Part shown: positions 49,158-59,970 of the stretch, in pieces
Layout: each line of letters starts with the position of its first letter
Numbering within the stretch: the stretch's first letter is position 1
Assembly: GCA_043228905.1 (NCBI GenBank)
Contig: JBHGNT010000008.1
Span: forward strand, 17,918,001 to 17,982,000
Direction of reading: 5' to 3'
Source: Azolla caroliniana
Lineage: Eukaryota; Plantae; Polypodiophyta
DNA: 64,000 bases
Program-made: the position numbers and the translations under genes
Notes under the pieces: generated by a model
The model's database searches: none
What the model was told of the DNA's origin: nothing
The model's input: the letters and a program-made list of their open reading frames with translations, nothing else

Positions 49158-50389
49158 ATATATTCATTTCAATAAATTAGCTAGAAGAAGTATTTTAATG
49201 TGTAACAATGTTGAATGTGTATTCAAGACATTAATTGTATTCTACTTTGATCGCCCATCATTTTTCGCATCAACACCCAATCTTATGATATTAAGAACTT
49301 CCTCATAGACCATCTACGTATGTTAGATATTGCACATCAGAATCTTTACTAAATAGTGGAATCTATAGAAAATATTGACAAGGAGAAGTGTCAAGTGTCA
49401 AGGTGTTAGGGTTGAGGAAGGCATGCAAGTGCATCTCAAGGGTCGTGATATTTCTAAAATTCAAGACTAAGAAGGTTGTTAACGTGTGTGCCTAATATCT
49501 CATGGACTATCATAAATGAATTAGGGAGTTATCATAACATATTGATAAAAATATGTATAATGGGTCAAATCTTCTTTTTCCCTTTCGTGTCCTTATGAAG
49601 AGTTTGTTATCTTTTTCCTTGATTCTCTTACTTGGGCAAAAGAATGACGATGGTCTTATAAAGATATATTGGCTCTCTTGCAACATATGCTGGATCATCT
49701 GAGCTACAATCCATGCTCTCTCTCTCTCTAAGTTGTTTCCATGATAACAGTTAATTTATTAATGATATTCCAATTAGTAATTAATATATAAATAAGCATT
49801 AGGGGAATTGAAACCCTAAAAGTAATAGGTTTTTGCTTTCACCAAGAGACCCCCTTTCCACCCTCCTAATGTTAGTATATTTCATATCCAAATATTAAAT
49901 ATCTATGCAAGTATCTTGCTACACTTGTATATTAGCCTCCTTGCTTGTCTATGGGGTATTTCATTCGAATATTTTCATAATGATGTTGATTTCTTTCTTG
50001 TTCTTATTTAACTCTTATCACTCCTCCTCCATAATTCAAATAGGGATTTGTAATTCCTTGGCCTCGAGATAATCTAGCTCATGCATTCATTCATCTATCT
50101 CATACATGTTACAAGTTCGGTTTAAATCGCCTTTGTTCTCATCGTTATCTTGTCATTGTTCTTCATTTATTGTGACCACTACATCCATGATGTATACATT
50201 TGTGTCTCTAACCCTCTAGAAGCAGACTATTTTGGGGATCAACCTAAACAAGTTTGGAGCACTAAAACCAATTTTCTTAGTTAGAATTGCACTACGCATG
50301 GGTGGCGGTGTTAGTCAATGCAAGACTTCGTGCGTCATTGAAGGATATCCATCATGATAATGTTAGGGAATCTATCATCCTCCAATTTA

Positions 50390-51517
50390 ACCAACTCTAC
50401 TTTGACGATGGCATTCCGCCATAAAGTGACCCCATTCAACGCATCCAAAACAATGACCTGCAAATGTCTCCCACTTCAATTTAAAACAAAGTCTTTTCAT
50501 TCCAGTTGTGTTCATATGCACCCATCCTGGCCTCTTACGAGTTGTATCCCATAACACACAAAATCTACACTTATTTGTAGCATTTGCATGTGGAGATACC
50601 AACACTTTACCCATTTCACTCATCAACTATGATGAAGAACAATGACGATAGCATTCCGCCATAAAGTGACCCCATTCACCGCATCCAAAACAATGACCTG
50701 CAAATGTCTCCCACTTCAATTTAAAACAAAGTCTTTTCATTCTAGGTGTGTTCATATGCACCCATCCTGGCCTCTTACGAGTTGTATCCCATAACACACA
50801 AAATCTACACTTATTTGTAGCATTTGCATGTGGAGATACCAACACTTTACCCATTTCACTCATCAACTCTGGTAAAAGTGGCCATAAAAAAGCATGCTTA
50901 CAATCCACTGTTACCCAAATAGGGCATTCTTGTTTGAACAAAGCATGATAGTCCACAACAGGGGACCATTGCATTACATGCACCAATCGTTCATCAAAAA
51001 ACACTAGAACTTTAGCCAACAGTGCACTTCAATGTTCCGGTGAACGAAACACTACATCATAAAACCCTCGTGGTCCTGCATATATATTTTCAACACAATT
51101 TGGTGACACGATTGTGTTCAACCATTGTTTAATCCAATTAATGTATGGGAGTTCACTAGTAAAAACAATATAACTCCACAATCATAGAATACATCAAAAG
51201 ATAGCAACACTACCTTAGCATCAACATCCACATCATGCACATCCTCATCATTGCATTCTTTCGTTGGATTTTCATTTTCTTCCACAATATCAGACAATTA
51301 GGTATTGGCAATTCCCCATAAAGTATCCCAATTACAATTATCCGTGTCAACCTCATCTACATGTATTACTTCGGCATATGTCGCTTTTTTCTCATTAATT
51401 TCCTCAATGCCCTTAAACCTCTTAGAGCTTCCAATGTCTTCCCTTTCACGATTACATTCAACCATCACATTACTCTTTTTCGGATCAATTGTTTCCATAT
51501 CGATGTCCCCCACAATT
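50390..51517 (-). mobile_element. L1-like LINE ORF1 fragment (zinc knuckle CFGCGEWGHFMAEC) with a 240-bp tandem duplication; its 5' end lies at 48803-49015
   Basis: RGFYDVVF..VHVMQWSP..CPIWV..MGKVL pattern of plant L1 ORF1. 50402-50627 repeats at 50642-50867. Confidence 0.75.
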
Positions 51518-52009
51518 TGTCAGGAATGGTACTAAAGCAGAGATGGAATTAGTACTAAAGAAGAGCAGTACTATTAGTACTAAGAGGATGGGACTGCGTA
51601 AGACTCCCGAGAGAGAGAGAAAGAGAGAAGAGAAAAGAGAGATAGTGAGGATAAGAGAGAGAGAGAGATGATGATAACAGCCAATATATTATGTGAAGGA
51701 TAAGTACAAAATGGCTAAGAGGCTTAAGACTGGCGTTGAACCAATTTTGTTCAACATAATGCCTAGTGCCTTCTTTTATAGTGTTCTCAGGAGTAATCCT
51801 AAAACTTCTAGAATGTTCCAGAGAAATCTTGAATATACATTACTTTCTTATAATAAAGCATAAATGAAAATAATATCCTATGAATTACAATAGAAGGTGT
51901 GATGGTTAAGAGCTTGACCCATATACCATGAGGTCATGGGTTCGAGTCTTGCCATATCATGACACTATCCCCCCCCTTAAGACGACAAGTGGAACGAGTC
52001 GACACTGAT

Positions 52010-52190
52010 TGAGGACGAGGTTTGTTGGGATATTGTCGGTGAAAATCAGCAAGAAGATCCTGAGCATTGGCGACATACTCGACGGGCTCCCAATGATGTT
52101 CACTCGGACTATAGCCGAGCCAATCGACAAAATAGTAAAGTTTGTTGCGAACAAATTTGGAGTCGAGGATGGCAACAACTTCATACTCCG
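52010..52190 (-). other. Integrase C-terminal chromodomain (not in the ORF track)
   Basis: Manual translation EYEVVAILDSKFVRNKLYYFVDWLGYSPSEHHWEPVEYVANAQDLLADFHRQYPNKP. Confidence 0.88.
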
Positions 52191-55100
52191 GGCTGACGTC
52201 AAACTGAAGTGGGGGCGGTAGTGGTGTAACACGATCGGGAATAGTGTTTGCTTTATAAGGTTCCAGAAGAGAACTATGGAAGACTGGATGTATCCGAAGA
52301 TGCGGAGGAAGATCAAGGCGAAACGTGACATCATTAACCTTATCGGTAATACGAAAAGGACCGAGTCATCGATAATCCAAGTTGTCGCACAGTCGAGTAG
52401 TCTTGATGTTACGACATAAGAGCCATACTTGATCTCCGATGGCAAAACAGGAGGGAAGCCGATGACGATCCGCGTAACTCTTTTGTGTCTATTGAGCATG
52501 ACGAAGATGAGTCGAGAGATCCATCTGGATCTTGTGTAGTCTCTCCAAATGATCCCCGGCACAAGGATTGGTAGGTAACTCCGGGGTGTCGATCGCCGAC
52601 CAGCGAGGATGAGAACCGGTATAAGCGTAGAATGGGGAGACTTGAGTCGAGGAGTGAACAACATTATTATACGCAAACTCCGCAAAGTGGAGAATCTCAG
52701 CCCAATCGTCCTGTTGATAACTCAGGAAACACCGAAGATATTGCTCCAGCGTTTGGTTTGTTCATTCCGCCTGCCCATCGGTCAAAGGATGGTAGCCGGA
52801 GGAGAGGTTGCAAGAGACCTTGAGCATCTTGAAGAGATGTTGCCAAAATATGGAGAAAAATTGCGGTCCTCGGTCACTGATGATACTGTCTGGGAGGCCA
52901 TGATGCCGAAATACCTCATGCATGAAAAGGGTGGCGATTTCCTCGCTAGTGATGGCCTTAGTACAAGGCACGATCGATGACGGTTAAGATAGCATCAAAC
53001 CCCTTCGAGACCGATAGATCTATGATAAAATCAAGACAAACAGACTGCCACGGCTTACTTGGAATCGGTAAGGGTTCAAACAAGCCATATGGATGGTGTC
53101 GTGGCATCTTTGCTCGGTAGCAAGCATCACAGGTCCGAACGTAGTCGTCGACAAAACGTTGCATGTGGGGCCACCAAAAGGATCGTTGAACTAAATCCAA
53201 CGTCTTAGTGCTACCGAAATGTCCCACCATATGGGTGTCGTGACACCTTTGGACGATTTGAAGGCGATAGGAGCAATCGGGGACATATACAAGCTTTTTA
53301 AAGAATAACAAACCATCATGATATTCGAATTGTTGGTAGTCCATACCTGGTTGCTGAGACTGGGAACACGATGCCCGAGAGGTATCAATGTGCGTCAGGA
53401 TGTCTCGAGCAAAATTTTCTATCTTCAAACTCGTACGTATGGTGTCTATAATTTGGGAATCCATTCGGGTGTGAAAAATCTGCGTTGTGTGCAATCGTGT
53501 TGGTCCCAAGATTACTTGCTTTTGATTATCGAACGTTGGATCACCAGGGCGAGGTGCAAGATATGAACATCGTGATAGCGCATCTGCTTTTCCTTGTTGC
53601 TTCCCCGGTCGATATGTGATTTTGAAGTCGAAACGCGTGAGGAATTGAGCCCACCGAGCTTGCTGTCGATTTAGCACCCGAGTGTTCAAGAAATAAGCAA
53701 GGTTTTTGTGATCACTAAAGACGATAACCTGATGTGGAGAGCCCTCTAAGAAATGCCGCCATTGCACAAAGGAATCCACGATGGCTAGTAACTCATTGTC
53801 ATGTATTTCGTAGTTGATTTCCGCGACATCGAATTTGCATGAATGGAAAGCCACAGGATGTAACTCTTCTTTATCTCCTTGTTGAGAAAGGATGCTACCG
53901 AGGGCAAAATCCGATGCGTCGGCCTCCATGATGAATGGTTTCTTTGTATCCACATGAGCTAGAATAGGAGCTGATGTAAAGGCTTTCTTAAGATGCCGAA
54001 AAGCCATGTTCGCTTCATTGGACCAAAGAAATGCTTGTCCCTTCTTAGTAAGTTCTCTAAGCAGTAAAATAATCTTCGAGTAATCCTGTATAAACTTGCG
54101 ATAGAAATTAGCAAAACCTAGAAAACATTGTACATCTCGTACCGACCGTGGAATTTGCCACTCTAGCACAGTTTGGACTTTAGCTAGATCCATGGAGATT
54201 CCCTTTGAGGAGATGAAGTAGCCTAGAAATTCCACTTGCTTGCAGTCAAAGCTACATTTTTCTAGCTTGGCATAAAGACCATTCTCGCGGAGTCGTATTA
54301 TTAATAATAGTACATGAGAATCGTGCTCTTCCTGGGTCATCAAATAAATCAATAGATCATCCAGATAGATGATCAAACAGATATCCAAGAGGTCTCTTAA
54401 TATATCATTTGCCATGTGTTGTAAGACTGCGGGTGCATTGGTTAGACCGAACGGCATAACAGTATATTCGAAATGCCCATACCACGTGCGAAAGGCGGTC
54501 TTCCATTCCACTCCTGGTCGGATCCGCACGAGGTTATACACTCCTCGTAGATCGATTTTGGTAAAAAACTTGGCACCATTAACTCGCTCTAAAAGACTTG
54601 ATATAAGAGGAAGTGCATACCTATTACGGATGGTGACTTTATTTAAGCCACGGTAATCAACGACGAGACGAAGTGAGCCATCTTTCTTCTTGACAAAGAA
54701 GATGGGTGCACCGGCTGGAGATTTCGAATGACGAATAAACCAACTTGCCAAGTTCTCCTCTATGTAGGCTCGAAGGACTTCTAACTCAGTGGGGGACAAG
54801 TTGTAAATGGGTCCCCATGGTGGCTCTGCTCCCGGTTGTAGATCGATGGGACAATCATAGGGACGATGATAAGGAAGAGTACCCGTTTTTTACCTTTTCA
54901 AATACATCGGCATAAGGATTATATTTCACCGGAAGTTGTACTGAGGATTCCTTCTTAATAGTGTTGGAAGGATGTACTGATATTGCAAATAGGAACATTA
55001 CCTTCTTGTGTCCTTCTTCGCGTAATTGACGTAGTGAGATGGTCGAAACTCGGTGAGTAGATTCTTGGGGCTGTCGATGTCGGACTTCTCTTGTTCTCCA

Positions 55101-57767
55101 ATCTATGTCTGGATTATGTAATTCAAACCAAGGTAATCCCAGGACAATGGGATGCTCCAGACTACTAATTATATTAAATGCTACTACACACACAAACCTA
55201 CCTAGGACAACTTGAATGGGTTCTAACTCTTCTACAATATTCCCGGAAGCAATGGGACGACCATCAATGACTACTACAGATGCGGGGCAAGGAAGTTTTC
55301 TTAAGGGTATCTGAGAAGCTTGGGCAAAATTTCGATCCATAAAACAAGAATTAGCTCCGGAATCTAGAAGTGCTAGGACATGTACTGGGGGAGTACTTTT
55401 AGTACTAACCATGACTTGGGCTAGGAACACATTGCTAACTTGCTTGGAGGGAATGGAACCACTAATGGGCTGTATAGATCTAGGGTTGTTGTCCAACCAA
55501 ACGGCTGTTGTTTTGGCTGGACTCAATCGTTTAACTCTTCATCTAATTGACTAAGGGTTTCAAATTTGTTTGAGATACTTGGGCTATTAGTACTATGAAT
55601 ACTATCAAACACTCTATTAGTACTATTAATACTATCAGACATTCCTAAGGGAAGAATTGACTCGGGTTTAGTACAGGCTACAATTTGATTTACTTGTTTT
55701 CTTGGCCTATGGGGACAATTGATGGCGATATGCCCTAGTCCACAGCAATAAAGACATAATCAATTTGCATGTCATCGTTGCTTTTCTTCCTCCGATAACG
55801 GGCCGTGTCGACGCATGGTATCGATCTCCATTGGGGTCGAAATATTTGCTTGAGGTATGTCTCGTGCAAACGGTTTAGCCGTGACTAGGGCGTAAGTTGA
55901 AACGACCATCAATGACTATTACAGATGCGAGACAAGGAAGTTTTCTTAAGGATATCTGAGAAGCTTCGGCAAAATTTCGATCCATAAAACAAGAATTAGC
56001 TCCGGAATCTAGAAGTGCTAGGACATGTACTGGGGGAGTACTTTTAGTACTAACCATGACTTGGGCTAGGAACACATTGCTAACTTGCTTGGAGGGAATG
56101 GAACCACTAATGGGCTGTATAGATCTAGGGTTGTTGTCCAACCAAACGGCTGTTGTTTTGGCTGGACTCAATCGTTTAACTCTTCATCTAATTGACTAAG
56201 GATTTCAAATTTGTTTGAGATACTTGGGCTATTAGTACTATAAATACTATCTGACACTCTATTAGTACTATTAATACTATCAGACACTCCGAAGGGAAGA
56301 ATTGACTCGGGTTTAGTATAGGCGACGATTTGATTTACTTGTCTTCTTGGCCTATGGGGACAATTGATGGCGATATGCCCTGGTCCACCGCAATAAAGAC
56401 ATAATAGATTCGCACGTCGTCGTTGCTTTTCTTCTTCCGATAACGGGCCGCGCCGACGCATGGTGTCAATCTCCATCGGTGTCGGAATATTGGCTTGAGG
56501 TACGTCACGTGTAAACGGTTTAGCCTTGATTGAGGCGTATGTGGGTTACGGCCGAGAGCGTGGTATTTGTAACTGACGTTCCGAACGCCGTTCGAAAAGG
56601 CGGTTGTCGCATCGGACCGCTCGACTGATTGCCTCCATAAGAGACTTCTGTTCTTCGGGGAAGGTTAAAAGCAAGTCTTTGACATCATTGCTCAAGCCGT
56701 AGCGAAACTGCTCTATGAGGGCCTGGTCATCCCAAGGGATATCTGAGGCGAGTAGGTGGAAATCCGCCGCATAGGCAAAGGCTGGACGATCGCCTTGACG
56801 CAATCTTCGGATTTTGTTGATCGTCGTCCTGATGCTGTCGGTATCTCCAAAGCAGGCTTTAAACTCACTAATAAAATCTTCAAAGTTATTAAGCAAGGGC
56901 GATTGTTATTCTAGAAGCGGAGCGAACCATGCCAACGCTGAGCTGCTAAGTAACGTGCCTATTAGGCCGACTCGAGATGCATCAATGGGATATCGGGAAG
57001 GATGCATCTGGATGACTAAGCGTACCTGATTAAGGAATCCCCGGAATTGCGATCATGTTCCATCAAATTTCACAAGAAGTCCAATCTTGGGCTCTTTATG
57101 AAATCCTTAGGGACTTGATCCTTGTTGTTGCAACGCTGCTTCGAGTTGTTGTACCCATAATGCTAACTCCCCATGTTGTTGTTGCGTTTTTTGTTTTTCT
57201 AGAGTGATTTCTTGCAAATCCCCTATCAACCGTTGGTTTTCTTGTTCCAGGGCAACAAACTTTTCTTTTAGACACTGTAGCTCAGAGAAAATGGATTGAT
57301 ATTCTTGGGCGCTAACAATAGCCATAGTATAGAAAAAGGATAGGAGGAGGAGGGCAAAACGACAAGTAGACTTGAGGAAGGAAATTGGTTCAATCAAGAA
57401 TAGTACTAAATAGAGAGAGAATTAGTATTAGAGAAGAGAAGTACTATTAGTACTAAGAGGAAGGGACTACGTAAGATTCCCGAGAGAGGAAGAGAGAAGA
57501 GGAGAGAGAGAGAGATAGGGAGAATGAGAGAGAGAGAAAGATGATGATAGGAGCTAATATATTATGTGAAAGATAAGTACAAAGTGGCTAAGAGGCTTAA
57601 GACTGGCATTGAACCAATTTGGTTCAAAATAATGCCTTGTGCCTCCTTTTATAGTGTTTTTAGGAATAATCCTGAAGCTTCTAGAATGTTCCAGAGAGAT
57701 ATGGAATATACATCAATTTTCTATGATAAAACATAAATGAAAATAATATCTTACAAATTACAATTCA

Positions 57768-57826
57768 TAGTCTAATGGTAAGAGCTCGACCCATGTAGCA
57801 TAAGGTCATGGGTTCGAGTCTTGCCA
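57768..57826 (+). promoter_or_regulatory. tRNA-like Pol III A/B box inside the chromovirus LTR (also 48733-48792 and 51895-51954)
   Basis: TAGTCTAATGG (A box)...AGGTC..GGTTCGAGTC (B box) at tRNA spacing. Confidence 0.65.
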
Positions 57827-58184
57827 TATCATGACACTCATCAACAATTGAAGCTGAATTTGTAAAAGTAGCATGGGACGCTAAAGTAATACTTATAGGT
57901 ATGATGATGTCTATGTGCATTGTATTGTATCTTGATGAATTTAAAGTACTACCGAACCAAGTATAAAAATTGTATAAAATAGATATAACATAACATTTGT
58001 GAGCAAATCTCACATCGGTAATAAAAATTGTATAAAATAGATATAACATAACATTTGTGAGCAAATCTCACATGAATGTGTTGTAACCGTCATTGTGAAC
58101 AAGAGGCACAAGAATAGGTTGTTACATTATTTATTCTCATTTTATTTATTTATGATATATTTGTTATTTCTAATATTTACTATT

Positions 58185-58870
58185 GTACACCTCCTTTAAT
58201 GTACTTAGAACCTATTTGTTTGGTTTCTCATATTTGAGCAATATCTTGGAACAACATATCCAACGCTTGTGTTGGGCACGGGGTTCAGTGACAAAATCAG
58301 CCCACGTGGTTGTGGTTGAAGTGTATTGGAGTGATATCTCTTTTGCTTTGATCAAGTCTCTAATAAAATCATGATGTGCTCAAATATGTTTGTTTTGACC
58401 AAAGTACCATAACCTTTCCAATTAAATTTTGTTTGTTTGTCCTTCTGACATGAATGCTTGTATGAAGGATGTGTCTTCACCTTCATTAGATATTGATGTA
58501 GAATGTGCTTGGGCATTGAACTTTTTACCTTTGTTTCTTTGGTCATATTGCTTTTGATGACATTCTCCTTCCATGTGTCCCGGTTTGTTGCAATATCTAC
58601 ATATGATTGTGGAGACATTGATTTCTACTTGCCTTGATGGTTCGTTTGGGTTGTATGAACTTTGAAACTTTTGAAGTATTGGCTTTGAGAAGTTGGATTT
58701 TTGAAATCTTATTATCGCGCTCATTGTCATTGATCAATTGTTGTGTTTCATGTTACCCTTTATTCTTTGGATCTTTTGTATTTTCATTTCTAGGAACATG
58801 TTCTTGATGTTTAAAGTGTCATCATTTCCATGTGTGGAACAATTCCTAGGGCAAGGCTCTAATGCCATGT
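58185..58870 (-). mobile_element. Copia-like gag relic with zinc knuckle, present only in unit copy 2
   Basis: ICRYCNKPGHMEGEC in ORF 58422-58730. Flanked by a local duplication of the unit flank (about 57940-58180 vs 58877-59165). Confidence 0.55.
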
Positions 58871-59580
58871 AGGAACTTAAAGTACTATCTAGCAAAGTAT
58901 AACAATTGTATATATATAACTTAATTTGATGATAAAAGAGAGACTACATTATGGTCTTGGTAGGTGTTACATTTTATAGGTAGAAGAGATCCTATAAGGA
59001 AGTTTGTAGTGAGAGTGTTCATTGTGAGCAAATCTCACATGAATGTGTTGTCACCGTCACTCTGAACAAGAGAGACAAGAATACGTTGTTACACTATTTA
59101 TTCTCGTTTTATTTAATTATGATAAATTTGTTATTTATATTCATGTCTATTATTTCTAATATTTAATATTCTAACAGTACCAAATGTTGTAGTACCAGGT
59201 TTAGGATCACTAGTACAAGTCATGGAGAGAGAGAGTCGGAGACCGGTGACATGTAATGTTACCTACCGGCTTACATGTCTCCTACCGGTGACATGTAACA
59301 CGCATTCAAATCTTTCCCACATACTATTTATTAACGTAATTGTATGTTTTCACAAAAAGGACACAGAAACTAGAATGATTAATTTGACCATTTATAAGGG
59401 AAGATTACAGAGATGATTGTTGTGAGCGTCCAATGCCCAAAATGTATGTATTATTCAAACTAGTGATGAGAAAACGGACAGAGAAACAGATATAGTCTGA
59501 AGATGAGGTACTTTATGCTGGAAAGATTGATTAGGTCATGGTGCCGCTTGTTATTGATTGTGCGTTCATACTACGGGTAT

Positions 59581-59767
59581 TCAAGCTACTACGCTGGCCT
59601 TCTTCACGCTGGCGGCGAGGGCGTCCACTTCCGACTGATCTATGCCCAACGTATTGTGAAGCACCATCCCTGGCAGTGGTGGATTGGCGGCAAAGAGAGC
59701 CACAGCAAGCTGGGAGAGCCCTGGATTCTGGCTGTTGAGGGCGGCGATGGCCAGAGCTGGAATCTTC
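59581..59767 (-). pseudogene. Minus-type GLP pseudogene: only the last ~60 codons remain, fused to its 5' UTR/promoter
   Basis: Aligns with 31770-31938, then jumps to sequence matching 32526 onward. Confidence 0.92.
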
Positions 59768-59923
59768 CCTACTGTCTGTTAATGAATAGCAGTAGAGTGT
59801 TGTTGTTTCTTATATGTGAGGCTGGAAGAGTTTGTTGTTGTTTACTGAATGTGCGTGAATGAGAGACAGTAGGGAAGGATAGGGATGTATTTATATATAC
59901 ACAGAGAGACAGAGACAGAGAGC

Positions 59924-59970
<47 letters not shown>

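Larger units (their letters stand above)
51518..57836 (-). mobile_element. Tcn1/Tf1-like chromovirus C (Ty3/Gypsy), near complete but chimeric; LTRs 51518-51964 and about 57394-57836
   Basis: Gag with CLYCGGPGHIAINC, protease ALLDSGA, RT/RNase H/integrase ORF 52958-54799 (YLDD, EADASD, HDTHMVGH), SDRGPQF, chromodomain. PPT AAGGGGGGGGATAG next to 51964. Lineage name is inference. Confidence 0.93.

Noticed and set aside
51957-52685. 242-aa minus-strand ORF as an extra env-like gene
   Set aside because: Alternate frame over the integrase C-terminus and chromodomain, which read in another frame.
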